A stretch of DNA of 47,683 nucleotides from Abditibacteriaceae bacterium (GCA_031372065.1 JANMKN010000341.1:1-47683); one strand, 5' to 3'. Counted from the first letter of the stretch, positions 17,286 to 31,599 are shown. The notes: generated from the sequence alone by a model not told the origin. A program made the numbers and translations.

Positions 17286-17446
17286 GTGAGAGAAAGACTA
17301 TAGTGGAAGTTAAACAAATTTCAAATGTAAGCCGTAAACTTGCCTATATATGTAAGAGACGAACTATAGTGGAAGTTAAACACATTTCAATTGTAAGCCG
17401 TCAACGCGCTTATATAGTAAGAGACGAACTATAGTGGAAGTTAAAC
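17286..17446 (+). CRISPR. Orphan CRISPR-like mini-array: 3 repeats of 30 nt and 2 related spacers (36 and 35 nt)
   Basis: GTAAGAGACGAACTATAGTGGAAGTTAAAC is identical at 17352-17381 and 17417-17446, with a 4-mismatch copy at 17286-17315. Repeat length, spacer length and the 3' end (..GGAAGTTAAAC) resemble class 1 (type I-B/III-like) repeats ending in ATTGAAAC. The spacers are 29/35 identical, so a plain 65-66-bp tandem duplication is not excluded. Orientation is inferred. Confidence 0.6.
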
Positions 17447-17475
17447 CCTGTAGAATGGCGTTTGAAAAACAGAAT

Positions 17476-17520
17476 AACGGCCCGTTTCACTTTTTGGTGA
17501 AGCGGGCCGTTGTGTTTTTG
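17476..17520. terminator. Intrinsic terminator downstream of the mini-array
   Basis: aacggcccgtttcac-tttttg-gtgaagcgggccgtt followed by gtgttttt. An A-tract upstream makes it potentially bidirectional. Confidence 0.8.
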
Positions 17521-17563
17521 AATTTCGGTGCCTCGCAGCATCGGAATGAAAGGGGAATTATTT

Positions 17564-18133
17564 ATGGGATGGACATCAATGATGGAGGACATGCAGGAAC
17601 GTTTGGACGAAGATCGTTACAATGCAGGGCGGTATAGGTCTGCAGATCAAACTGTGCACAAGGTGCATTCAAAAAAGGTGTCTTCAAATGTGAACCAGCC
17701 TGCAACCTGCAAAGCAGTTGCCGCTGTGAGCCAAGGCCGAAAGGAAGAGGAATCAATGGAAGAAATCCATAAGCTACGACGAGACAACGCTCTCCTTCAG
17801 CGTCGGTTGTTAAAGGCCCAAAATCGCCGGACGCAGGCGCGTTCCGAGGTATCGCGTCTTACTACAGAAAATGCACAGTTGCAGTCTGTCAATGCTGATG
17901 TGCAGCAGCAAATGGTAAGAATTCAGGCATTGTGCGCTCAATTACAACGTGAAAAGGATAAGGCTCTCAAGGAGCGTGATGAAGCTGAACAATCTCTGAT
18001 GGATGAATGGGCGCATCAAGATGGATTGATGATGCAACCAAGGGATAAGGTTGTTACGCGGTCATTTCGTGAATTACGCGGCGGTGCGGGCATAGCGAAT
18101 GGTAGAACGCGTAGGCGCTTAAAGTCACGATAA
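17564..18133 (+). CDS. Hypothetical coiled-coil protein with a basic C-terminal tail
   Basis: ATG 17564 follows GAAAGGGG. Central heptad-like helix (MEEIHKLRRDNALLQRRL...KERDEAEQ). Codon usage is visibly more AT-rich than in flanking genes. No catalytic motif recognised. Confidence 0.7.
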   Translation: MGWTSMMEDMQERLDEDRYNAGRYRSADQTVHKVHSKKVSSNVNQPATCKAVAAVSQGRKEEESMEEIHKLRRDNALLQRRLLKAQNRRTQARSEVSRLTTENAQLQSVNADVQQQMVRIQALCAQLQREKDKALKERDEAEQSLMDEWAHQDGLMMQPRDKVVTRSFRELRGGAGIANGRTRRRLKSR

Positions 18134-18251
18134 AGAACAATTTATTATGGAGAGTGAAAGCCCACCGACTTTCACTCTCCATAATTTGACTTTTTAAAGC
18201 GTGTGACAAGCATTTGTTTAGAGCCTCTTCAAAATTTGCCAAAAATTTTCC

Positions 18252-18280
18252 TTGCACTCTTCTTTTAACCTCACTATAAT
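18252..18280 (+). promoter_or_regulatory. Sigma70-type promoter of rpoBC
   Basis: TTGCAC (18252-18257), 17 bp, TATAAT (18275-18280), with A/T tracts upstream that resemble an UP element. Confidence 0.8.
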
Positions 18281-18428
18281 AAAACCCTTGCCGATGAAAT
18301 TTTATTTTACGGCGATTTTTGATTACTACGTTCCTTTTTGAAGTGAACGCTTTGGATTTTCTTCACGATGACAGTTTTTACAACAAAACCTATCGTCCCT
18401 TAAGTTTGGATTTATCAATCACTTTTTG

Positions 18429-18528
18429 AAGACCGGATTGCCTCAATAAAACGAGAACGCGCGCCGGGCGGGTTGTTTGTGCCGCCGGGTGGTTTTTCGC
18501 GTGTGTGATTGAGGTGTAATCGGGTCTT
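18429..18528 (+). promoter_or_regulatory. Long stem-loop in the rpoB 5' leader
   Basis: aagaccggattgcctcaat (18429-18447) is complementary, with a small bulge, to attgaggtgtaatcgggtctt (18508-18528) and encloses a GC-rich inner stem. A T-rich tract and the AGGAGG RBS follow. Confidence 0.55.
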
Positions 18529-18559
18529 ATTTTCGTTTTTCTGATTTTCAGGAGGAAGC

Positions 18560-22780
<4,221 letters not shown>

Positions 22781-22845
22781 ATTGACGAATTGCGATTGAC
22801 GATTGACGAGTAAAATTCGTCAATCGTCAATCAAAAATCGTCAAT
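22781..22845. repeat. Heptamer-built palindromic element (GATTGAC)n between rpoB and rpoC
   Basis: gattgacgattgacga (22794-22809) and tcgtcaatcgtcaatc (22817-22832), plus outer attgacga / tcgtcaat arms. Confidence 0.85.
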
Positions 22846-22861
22846 TGTGTGAAGGAGATCT

Positions 22862-25800
22862 ATGCCTGATCAAGATATTTTTGGACTAATGCCCTCTGAA
22901 GCGCCTGTGGCGCCTCGCTCGCCGCGTAATGCGCAAAACAACGCGCACACTGGTGTGTTGTCGGCCTCAGCATTCGACCTGCTGCGCATTGGCATCGCCA
23001 GCCCGCAGGACATTCGTTCGTGGAGCCGGGGCGAAGTCAAAAAGCCGGAAACCATCAATTACCGCACGTTCAAACCCGAACGCGACGGTTTGTTTTGCGA
23101 GCGTATTTTCGGGCCGACCAAAGACCTCGAATGCTCGTGCGGCAAATTTAAAAAGTCGAAATTCAAAGGCGTTATCTGCGACCGCTGCGGCGTCGAAGTA
23201 ACGCGCGCCAAAGTGCGCCGCGTGCGTATGGGCCACATTGAACTGGCCGCGCCGGTCGCGCATCTTTGGTATGTCAAAGGCGTGCCAAGTCCGATGGCGC
23301 TTTTGCTGGATATGTCGCCGCGCCATTTAGAGCGCATTCTTTATTTTTCGCACTGGGTTGTCACCAAAGCCGATCAGAATAAAATCTCGAAAAACATCGA
23401 GAAAATTCGTGACGCTGTGAACTCCGAAATGGGCGAAATTGATGATTCGCGCGATGTGGAACGCAAGCGCGGCATCGAAGCCTATGCCGAAACCAAGCAA
23501 CGTCACGACGAAGGCGACGAGACCATCGCTGTCACCGATGTTGAGGCCGCTCGCAAACGTGCTGAGGACGTGTCGGGCGATGCCTTTGCCGAAGAGCGCA
23601 AAAAAGAACTGAATGATGCGATGGGCCTTTTGGCCGAGTTGGAAAAGCGTCGCTTGCTCGAAGATCGTGAATTTCGCGGTTTGCAAAAGTTGATGGAAAC
23701 CATCAACCGCAAACTCGGCAAAGGTTTCGAGACGATGTTCGAGGCCGGAATGGGCGCCGATGCGGTCAAAAAGCTGCTCGAAGACATTGATTTGGAATCC
23801 ATGTCGCGCGAATTGAAAAAATCCGTGCAGGAAACGCCGGTTGGCGCCAAGCGAGGCCGTTTAATCAAGCGCCTCGAAATCGTCGAAGCGTTTCGCAAAT
23901 CGAAGAACCGTCCCGAATGGATGATTCTCGAAGTGATTCCCGTCATGCCGCCCGAACTGCGCCCGATGGTGCAGTTGGATGGCGGACGTTTCGCCACTTC
24001 GGACTTGAACGATTTGTATCGCCGCATCATCAACCGCAACAACCGCTTGAAGCGCATCACGGAAATTCGCGCGCCGGAATCTATCATCAACCACGAAAAG
24101 CGCTTGCTTCAGGAATCGGTTGATGCCTTGATTGACAACACGCGCCGCCAACGTCCGGTGACTGGTTCCAGTGGCCGTCCGCTGAAATCTTTGTCCGATA
24201 TGTTGAAGGGCAAAGAAGGCCGTTTCCGCAAAAACCTGCTCGGCAAGCGCGTGGATTATTCGGGTCGTTCGGTTATCGTTGTCGGCCCGTATTTGCGCCT
24301 TGACCAGTGCGGTTTGCCCAAAGAAATGGCATTGGAACTCTTCAAGCCGTTCGTCATGAAGCGTTTGGTGCAAAAGAATTTCACGCAAAACATCAAAACC
24401 GCGCGCCGCATGGTGGAGCGCCTCAAGCCGGAAGTGTGGGACGCTTTGGAAGAAGTGATTACCGAGCATCCGGTTTTGCTGAACCGCGCCCCAACCTTGC
24501 ATCGTTTGGGCATTCAAGCCTTCGAGCCGATGCTGGTGGACGGCAAAGCGATTCAGATTCACCCTCTGGTCTGCCCGTCGTTTAACGCCGACTTTGACGG
24601 CGACCAGATGGCGGTTCATGTGCCGCTTTTCCCGGCGGCGCAGGCCGAAGCGCGCGTCTTGATGATGAGCACCAATAACCTGTTTTCGCCGCGCGATGGC
24701 GCTCCGGCGATGGCTCCGGCCTACGACATGGTTTTGGGCTGCCATTATCTGACGATTCAAAAGCAAGGCGCCAAGCCAATCTCGCAGTTGACGCCCGAAG
24801 AAAAAGAAGCGCTGCCGCGTTATGCTTCGACGGAAGAGGCGATTTTTGCGCACGACACCAACAACCTTGATCTGCAAAGTTTGATTAATGTGCGTCATTG
24901 GTCGGGCGAGAAAAAGCGCGAAGGCGCCGAACGCGGTGAATTAATCACCACGGTGGGCCGCTTGATTTTCAACGAAATCGTGCCGCAGCAACTGGGCTTT
25001 TGGAATGCGCCGGTGTTGAAGAAAACCATTAGCGGCTTGATTCAACGCTGCTACGAAGAAATCGGCAACGAAGCCACGGTAAAATTCTTGGACGCTGTGA
25101 AGAATCTTGGCTTCCGTTATGGCACCAAGTCGGGCATTTCGATTTCGATGGCCGACTTTCGCGTGCAAACCGACCGCACCGAGATTTTGGAAAAAACCGA
25201 AGCCAAAGTGCGGCGCACCAACGACATTTACAATGATGACCCGCTGGCGATGACGGCTCAGGAACGCGAGCGTCAGGTTCTGCAAGCGTGGATTGGCGCG
25301 GCCAAAGAAGTCGGCGACAGCGTGGTTCGCGCGATGGATTCGTATAACCCGTTTCGCATGATGGCTTTTTCTGGCGCGCGTGGTAGTGAGCGTCAGATTC
25401 AGCAGATTGTCGGTATGCGTGGCCTCATGATGGACCCGTCGGGCCGCTTTATCGAAGACTTGCCGGTGCGCTCCAACTTCCGCGAAGGTTTGGATTTGCA
25501 CGAATACTTTGTGTCCACGCACGGCGCTCGCAAGGGCCTGGCCGACACCGCACTGCGCACGGCGGACGCTGGCTATTTAACGCGCCGTCTGGTGGACGTA
25601 TCGCAGGATGTCATTATTCGCGCCGACGATTGCGGCACAACGGACGGCATTCCGGTTTCGGAAGTATGGGAAGAAGTCGAAACGCACATGGCAAGCGTCG
25701 TGCGCGCTTCGATTGGCCGCCGCTTGTCGGATTTGGTCAAAGACCCGGAAACCGGTGAAGTGCTGTATGAGCAGGGCACTTACATTTATGCCGACGTGGC

Positions 25801-27535
25801 GGAGCGCTTGCGTGAGTTGCCGCCTTCGACGCGTTTGCACATTCGCACGCCGTTGCAGGTGTTGGCGGATCGTTTGGTAGGTCGCATTTCGCTGGAAACA
25901 GTGAAAGACCCACGCACCGGCACGACCCTGATTAAAAAAGGTCAGGCGATTGACCGCTTTGTGGCAGCGAAAATCGAAGAAGCGGGCGTCGAAGAAGTGA
26001 AAATCCGCAGTATTCTGACCTGCAAATTGGGCAAGGGCGTTTGCGCTAAATGCTACGGTCACGATTTGTCCACCAATGAATTGGTGGAAATCGGCGAAGC
26101 CGTGGGCATTATCGCGGCGCAGTCCATCGGCGAGCCGGGCACGCAGCTCACGATGCGCACCTTCCATTTGGGTGGTGTAGCGGGCGGCGCCTCGCTAACC
26201 GGCGTGGCGCAGGTCAAAAAAGCGCGCACACAGGCTTTGATGGAATTGCGCAAAGACATTGATCAGGGCACCTTCGCTTTGCAGGGCAGCGCGACAGAGC
26301 AAAAACGCGAAATTCAGCGTTACCTGAAAGTGTTGGAAGCGACTGTCGGCGGTCTGCTTCGTGTGGTGGAATTGTTCGAGGCGCGCAAGCCCAAGGGCGA
26401 AGCCATTACCACCGATGTGGAAGGCACTGTGGTCGCGATTTTGGGTGGTGGCCGCGCTGAAATCATGCCCGGCTTCGATTTGAAAATTGATCAGCATCAG
26501 GCGCGCACTGGTGTGCGTCGCGTGTTGATTCAAACCACCGAAGAAGTCACGGATCGCGAAAAACTGATTGGTCACTATGCGGCGCATGACATTCCCGGCG
26601 CCAAAGGTGCCAAGGCTTTGGCGACAGCCGGGCAGGAACTGACGGATCGCATTCTTGACCAAATCGAGAAGGGTGGACACAAGCGCGTAACGGTGCGCCG
26701 CGAATTTGCGGTTCCCTATCGTGGCACTCTGGCAGTCAAAGTCGGCGACGAAGTGACGACCGGCAATATGCTGACGCGTGGCCCGCTGTGGCCGCAGGAC
26801 GTGTTGGCATGGCGCGGCATCAAAGGCGTTGCGGAATATCTGGTGGCCGAAGTGCAAAAGGTCTATAAGGCGCAAAGCATTTCGATTCACGACAAGCACA
26901 TCGAAGTAATCGTGCGTCAGATGCTGCGCAAGCGGCGCATCAAAGATACCGGCGATACCGAACTGATGCCGGGCAAATTGGTAGATTCGGGCGTGCTGGA
27001 ATTGCGCAACGAAGAAGCTGTTGGCAAAGGCGAAGCCCCGGCAACAGCCGATTATGTGTTGCTGGGCATCACCGAAGCCGCGCTTGCTACCGAATCGTTC
27101 CTTTCGGCGGCGAGCTTCCAAAAGACAACCAAAGTCTTGACCGAAGCTGCCACGCATGGCCGCGTGGATATGCTCGAAGGCTTGAAGGAAAACGTCATCA
27201 TTGGGCGTTTGATTCCGGCGGGCACCGGCCTTTATCGCAAGGAAAGAGTGGATGTCGTCATTGACGACGCCGCGCTGGAATATGCGAAAAAGCACTTCGA
27301 CGAATTGGGCGGCGGCAACCTGATGGCGCGCGCACCGGGCAAAGGCGAAAAAATGCCGTCGTATGACGACATTTATCCTGTGCCCATCGCGCTGGAAGAC
27401 ACGGGCGAAATGGACGAGGCCGGTTTCTCCATCGAAGAAGGCGAGCCAGAAGAAGGCGATGACGCCGGATTGGATGACTTTCTCAGTGCGGGCGCCGTTG
27501 TTGACCCTGAACTCGCCGATTTCAACGACGAGTAA
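22862..27535 (+). CDS. rpoC: DNA-directed RNA polymerase subunit beta'
   Basis: KPETINYRT, zinc finger [21 protein letters not shown], catalytic [39 protein letters not shown]. Confidence 0.99.
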   Translation: MPDQDIFGLMPSEAPVAPRSPRNAQNNAHTGVLSASAFDLLRIGIASPQDIRSWSRGEVKKPETINYRTFKPERDGLFCERIFGPTKDLECSCGKFKKSKFKGVICDRCGVEVTRAKVRRVRMGHIELAAPVAHLWYVKGVPSPMALLLDMSPRHLERILYFSHWVVTKADQNKISKNIEKIRDAVNSEMGEIDDSRDVERKRGIEAYAETKQRHDEGDETIAVTDVEAARKRAEDVSGDAFAEERKKELNDAMGLLAELEKRRLLEDREFRGLQKLMETINRKLGKGFETMFEAGMGADAVKKLLEDIDLESMSRELKKSVQETPVGAKRGRLIKRLEIVEAFRKSKNRPEWMILEVIPVMPPELRPMVQLDGGRFATSDLNDLYRRIINRNNRLKRITEIRAPESIINHEKRLLQESVDALIDNTRRQRPVTGSSGRPLKSLSDMLKGKEGRFRKNLLGKRVDYSGRSVIVVGPYLRLDQCGLPKEMALELFKPFVMKRLVQKNFTQNIKTARRMVERLKPEVWDALEEVITEHPVLLNRAPTLHRLGIQAFEPMLVDGKAIQIHPLVCPSFNADFDGDQMAVHVPLFPAAQAEARVLMMSTNNLFSPRDGAPAMAPAYDMVLGCHYLTIQKQGAKPISQLTPEEKEALPRYASTEEAIFAHDTNNLDLQSLINVRHWSGEKKREGAERGELITTVGRLIFNEIVPQQLGFWNAPVLKKTISGLIQRCYEEIGNEATVKFLDAVKNLGFRYGTKSGISISMADFRVQTDRTEILEKTEAKVRRTNDIYNDDPLAMTAQERERQVLQAWIGAAKEVGDSVVRAMDSYNPFRMMAFSGARGSERQIQQIVGMRGLMMDPSGRFIEDLPVRSNFREGLDLHEYFVSTHGARKGLADTALRTADAGYLTRRLVDVSQDVIIRADDCGTTDGIPVSEVWEEVETHMASVVRASIGRRLSDLVKDPETGEVLYEQGTYIYADVAERLRELPPSTRLHIRTPLQVLADRLVGRISLETVKDPRTGTTLIKKGQAIDRFVAAKIEEAGVEEVKIRSILTCKLGKGVCAKCYGHDLSTNELVEIGEAVGIIAAQSIGEPGTQLTMRTFHLGGVAGGASLTGVAQVKKARTQALMELRKDIDQGTFALQGSATEQKREIQRYLKVLEATVGGLLRVVELFEARKPKGEAITTDVEGTVVAILGGGRAEIMPGFDLKIDQHQARTGVRRVLIQTTEEVTDREKLIGHYAAHDIPGAKGAKALATAGQELTDRILDQIEKGGHKRVTVRREFAVPYRGTLAVKVGDEVTTGNMLTRGPLWPQDVLAWRGIKGVAEYLVAEVQKVYKAQSISIHDKHIEVIVRQMLRKRRIKDTGDTELMPGKLVDSGVLELRNEEAVGKGEAPATADYVLLGITEAALATESFLSAASFQKTTKVLTEAATHGRVDMLEGLKENVIIGRLIPAGTGLYRKERVDVVIDDAALEYAKKHFDELGGGNLMARAPGKGEKMPSYDDIYPVPIALEDTGEMDEAGFSIEEGEPEEGDDAGLDDFLSAGAVVDPELADFNDE

Positions 27536-27577
27536 ACCTCACTTTGGTGAGCAAACTCGTTAATTCGTTGTAAAATT

Positions 27578-27615
27578 AAAGCGCCCGCTGCTTTTGGCAG
27601 CGGGCGCTTTGGTTT
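27578..27615 (+). terminator. Intrinsic terminator after rpoC
   Basis: aaagcgcccgctgc-ttttg-gcagcgggcgcttt followed by ggtttgtt. Confidence 0.85.
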
Positions 27616-27635
27616 GTTGGAATCAAATGGTCGTT

Positions 27636-28529
27636 ATGAAACTGTGGGACATTTTAGCCTTCGGCGCTGTTGCTGTGGATGATTTGCTTTATGTGGAGGA
27701 TTATCCCGAAGCGGGCAGCAAAATTCCGGTTTCGCAGCGGCGGCGCGATGGCGGTGGACTTGCAGGCACCGCGATGTGTGTGGCCTCGAAACTGGGCGTG
27801 CGAACCGCGTGGGCGGGCGTGTTAGGCGACGATGAACTCAGTCAGTTCTCGATTTCCGATTTGCGCCGTTACGGGGTAGATTGCACGCAGATTGTGATGC
27901 AGGAAGGCGCCCGCCCACATTATTCGGTGATTATCGTCAATCGCGCGACGGGCGCCCGCACGATTTTGGCGTTGCACGATGGCGTGCAGGATTTTCCAGC
28001 CGTCAACGTCACGGAAGAGTTAATCGGCTCCTGCCGGATGTTGTTTGTAGATCATCACGGCATCGAAACGGCTGTCAAAGCGGCAAGCCTCGCCAAGCGT
28101 CTGCAAATTCCTGTGGTGGCCGATATTGAACGTTTGACCGATGGCCTCGAAGTCTTGCTGCCTTTGATTGATCACCTTATTGTTGGCTTTGATTGCGCAC
28201 GCGAACTGACGGGCGAAACCGAGCCACAAAACATGGCGCGACAGTTGGGCGAAAACCGCGTTTGCGGCGCGGTCACGCATGGCGAAAATGGTTGCTGGTT
28301 TACGGCGCACGACGCGATTCTCCACCAAGCGGCTTTTAGAGTGCCGGTGGTTGATACCACGGGCTGCGGCGATGTTTTTCATGGCGCTTATGCGGCGTCT
28401 TTGGTGCGCGGCGAAAGCATCGCCGATGCCATACGCACCGCTGCGGCCTGCGCCGCGCTCAAAGCCAAACAACCCGGCGGGCGCAGTGGCATTCCGGGTC
28501 GCGAAACGGTCAGAAAATTCTTGATGTAA
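27636..28529 (+). CDS. PfkB/ribokinase-family carbohydrate kinase
   Basis: GGGLAGTA, GVLGDD, VTHGENG, VVDTTGCGDVFHGA. Start is ATG 27636 or 27627; the TTG at 27594 lies inside the terminator. Confidence 0.92.
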   Translation: MKLWDILAFGAVAVDDLLYVEDYPEAGSKIPVSQRRRDGGGLAGTAMCVASKLGVRTAWAGVLGDDELSQFSISDLRRYGVDCTQIVMQEGARPHYSVIIVNRATGARTILALHDGVQDFPAVNVTEELIGSCRMLFVDHHGIETAVKAASLAKRLQIPVVADIERLTDGLEVLLPLIDHLIVGFDCARELTGETEPQNMARQLGENRVCGAVTHGENGCWFTAHDAILHQAAFRVPVVDTTGCGDVFHGAYAASLVRGESIADAIRTAAACAALKAKQPGGRSGIPGRETVRKFLM

Positions 28530-28530
28530 T

Positions 28531-31500
28531 TTGTGGTGTAGATTGAGGAGTGCAGGTTTGAATTTGTTTGGTTGGACAGATGTTTTTCAGAATTTTTTGC
28601 GGCGGCGCGGAACATCGCGCGTAGCGTCGGCGATAGCGATTTTGGCTCTGGCTGGTGTAGCTTGGGCCGCGCCGCAAGTGGCACAAAAAGTGGCGTCCAA
28701 AGCAGGGCAACGCGTGGTGCAAAAACCCGCGACTGCCACTAAACCTGTTGTGAACTGGCAAAAACTGCCCACTCGCGGCAAATTGCCAGCGCGTGGCGGC
28801 AGCGCCGGCGATCTCGTTCCCGTTCCGTTGCCGCCACCTCCGCCCACACCGACGCCAATTCCCGTTCCGACACCGACGCCCACGCCGATGCCATTGGAAA
28901 TGTTTCCCTTTGCGCCGCCGCCGTTTGATGCCTCGCCAAATGCCGTGGATGTGTCGTGGCTGAACGAAACGCCAGCGGGAAAAAGTGGCTTCATCCGCGC
29001 GCAAGGCGAACATTTCGTGGACGCCCAAAACCGCACTGTGCGCTTCTGGGGCGTGAATGTATCGTATGAAGGCGCCTTTCCTGATAAGGACAAGGCACCC
29101 CTTATCGCCGCGCGCTTGGCGAAACTTGGCTTCAACGCGGTGCGCTTGCATCAATACGAAACCAGTGTTGTGCCGGGCAGTTTGTGGAAAGGCGCGGGCA
29201 TCGGTTCCTCGCGCATCGCGCAACCTCGCGAAGTTGACCCAGAGCAGTTAGATCGCCTTGATTTCTTCATCGCCGCACTTATCAAGCACGGCTTGTATAT
29301 CAATTTGAACCTGCACGTCGGGCGCGAGGCTGTTGAAAGTGATGGCCTTGTCCAAGTGCGCGATTTGCCGGAAAAAGATAAGGGCGTCAGCTACTACGAT
29401 AAGAATTTAATTGCTTTGCAAAACGAATTTTCGAAGATGATGTTGACGCACGAAAATTCGTATCTCGGCCACGCGCTCAAAGATGAGCCGGGCCTTGCGA
29501 TGGTCGAACTCACCAACGAAAATTCGCTGCTGGGCCTATGGCTCGCCGATAAATTCGATAGCATTCCGCCCGATTTTCAAGCACCTTTGCGCGAGCGCTG
29601 GAACGAATGGCTGAAAAAGCACTATGACGAAGTAAGTTTGCACAGCGCGTGGACGGAATGGGACGAGCCGATGGGCGTTGATAACTTGCTGCATTTGCCG
29701 CCGCCGCCGGAAATTCTCAATCCCGATTCGCCCGATGGTCAACTGTCCATTGGCTTAAACGATTTAAAATCGTGGCAGATGACCACGGTTTCACCGGCCA
29801 TCGGCACGCTGGAAGCGGATGCGCTCAGTGGCGCCACGGTGGACAGCTTGATTAAACCGGGCCTCACCGTGACGATGCGCACGCCGGGCAACATTCGCGC
29901 TTTGGGCGGCGTGTCGTGGGCTTTTCGTTTGACGCGCGATAATGTGCCGCTCGTGGAAAATCAGGCTTACACTTTGAGTTTTTATGCCCGCGCCGCGCAG
30001 CCGAACGCCAACAAAGCGCGCAAAGCGGCTCTGACAATCAACGGCGGGTTTTATACGACCTTCGACATCGGCACCGACTGGAAAAAATACTCATTCGCGT
30101 TTCGCTTGCGCAGTTTGCAGGATGGCCCGCGCCAAATCACTATGAGTTTGGGCAACGAAACGGGTTTTGCGCAGTTCAGCGAGATGGAATTGCGCACCGG
30201 AGGCCGCAAAACGGCGCCCGACGAATGGACTTTGATTTCCGGCGTGCCGGTGCCCGATTGGAGCGATACGCAAGTCGTGCGCGTGCGGCGCGATTTCGCC
30301 GAGTTTTTGGGCGAAGTCGAAGCCGAATACGCCACAAAAATGCGCACTTTTATCAAAGACGATTTGGGCGTGCGCTGCCCTCTGTGGATTTCGCAAGCGC
30401 AATTCGGCGGTTGGGGCGGCTTGTGGCGCGAACAAAGCAGCGATGCCATTGATGTTCATGCTTATTGGAAGCATCCCGAACTGGGCGAAGGCGGCTGGAA
30501 AGGCGGCAACTGGCGCATCGCCAACGAATCTATGGTCACGGCGGGCGCTGAAAATCCACTTTCTAATTTTGGCTTGTGGCGACTCAAAGGCAAGCCGTTT
30601 GTGATGACCGAATGGAACAGCGGCGCGCCCAACGATTTCGGCGCCGAAACGTTGCCGATGGCCGCTGCGATGGCCGCGTGGCAGGATTGGGCGGCGATTT
30701 TCGTCTTTGATTATCACGCGCGCGGCCTTTACGAACGCGAACGTATCGAAGGCGCGTTTTCGATTGATACGCATCCGGCCAAAATCGCCTCGGCTCCGGC
30801 GGCGGCGCTGATGTTTCGCCGCCCGTCGCAAAATACCAAAGGCTTGCCCGGCGACGATTGGCCCGGCGATGTCAGCCCGGCGTGGGACAGCACCACGCTG
30901 ACCATGCCCGCCGACTGGCTCTGGAACGAAGTCGCGGCTGTGGGCGGCGAGCCGTTTGCCACGCCGCTGATTAAAACGTGGCGCGAAGCAGGCGCGGCGC
31001 GCGCCGAAGGTTTGCGTGGCAAAACTTACGTCAAATTTGCCGCGCCCGGCGAAGCGCTTTTTCCAGTTGCCAGCCGCGCTATTCCCGACGATGAAGGCGG
31101 CTGGTCAACCGACACGCGGCAAATTTGGTGGGAAAAAAATCCGGGCTTGTTCAAACTCAACACCCCGCGCACCAAGATGATCGCCGGTTATTTGGGCGGG
31201 CGCGGCACAATAAACGGCGAATTATATATCACCGCGCCGACTTCGCACGATAACTGGCTGTGCGCTATGCTTTCGAGCCTCGACAACGAAGCGATTAGCG
31301 ACTCGAAAAAGCTGCTGCTGACCTTGGCGGGCAAAGCCGAAAATTTAGGCATGGGCAAAGGCGCTGCTTCCGGCAGCAACGGCGTCGTCAATAGCGATTT
31401 CTGGGGCTACGGGCCGGGCCAAATTGAAGGCATCAATGCCACGATTCGCTTGCAAACCGCGCTGACGCAGCCCAAAGTTTGGGCCTTAGACGCCACTGGC

Positions 31501-31599
31501 GCCCGCACTTTGGAAGTGCCAGCCAGCTTCGACAACGGCACCCTGCAATTCATCGCCGGGCCACAATGGAAAACCGCTTGGTATGAAATCGGCGAATAG
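28531..31599 (+). CDS. Secreted clan GH-A (GH5-like) glycoside hydrolase with a Pro/Thr linker and an inserted CBM4/9-like module
   Basis: Signal segment AIAILALAGVAWA, PTPTP linker, VRFWGVN, LAKLGFNAVRLH, ELTNENS (acid/base), YTLSFYARA (CBM-like), DVHAYW, FVMTEWN (nucleophile). Start uncertain. Confidence 0.75.
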   Translation: MWCRLRSAGLNLFGWTDVFQNFLRRRGTSRVASAIAILALAGVAWAAPQVAQKVASKAGQRVVQKPATATKPVVNWQKLPTRGKLPARGGSAGDLVPVPLPPPPPTPTPIPVPTPTPTPMPLEMFPFAPPPFDASPNAVDVSWLNETPAGKSGFIRAQGEHFVDAQNRTVRFWGVNVSYEGAFPDKDKAPLIAARLAKLGFNAVRLHQYETSVVPGSLWKGAGIGSSRIAQPREVDPEQLDRLDFFIAALIKHGLYINLNLHVGREAVESDGLVQVRDLPEKDKGVSYYDKNLIALQNEFSKMMLTHENSYLGHALKDEPGLAMVELTNENSLLGLWLADKFDSIPPDFQAPLRERWNEWLKKHYDEVSLHSAWTEWDEPMGVDNLLHLPPPPEILNPDSPDGQLSIGLNDLKSWQMTTVSPAIGTLEADALSGATVDSLIKPGLTVTMRTPGNIRALGGVSWAFRLTRDNVPLVENQAYTLSFYARAAQPNANKARKAALTINGGFYTTFDIGTDWKKYSFAFRLRSLQDGPRQITMSLGNETGFAQFSEMELRTGGRKTAPDEWTLISGVPVPDWSDTQVVRVRRDFAEFLGEVEAEYATKMRTFIKDDLGVRCPLWISQAQFGGWGGLWREQSSDAIDVHAYWKHPELGEGGWKGGNWRIANESMVTAGAENPLSNFGLWRLKGKPFVMTEWNSGAPNDFGAETLPMAAAMAAWQDWAAIFVFDYHARGLYERERIEGAFSIDTHPAKIASAPAAALMFRRPSQNTKGLPGDDWPGDVSPAWDSTTLTMPADWLWNEVAAVGGEPFATPLIKTWREAGAARAEGLRGKTYVKFAAPGEALFPVASRAIPDDEGGWSTDTRQIWWEKNPGLFKLNTPRTKMIAGYLGGRGTINGELYITAPTSHDNWLCAMLSSLDNEAISDSKKLLLTLAGKAENLGMGKGAASGSNGVVNSDFWGYGPGQIEGINATIRLQTALTQPKVWALDATGARTLEVPASFDNGTLQFIAGPQWKTAWYEIGE

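Noticed and set aside
17564..18133. Possible restriction endonuclease or Cas protein partner of the MTase or array
   Set aside because: No PD-(D/E)xK, HNH, GIY-YIG or RAMP glycine-loop motif was recognised. The sequence is mostly coiled coil.
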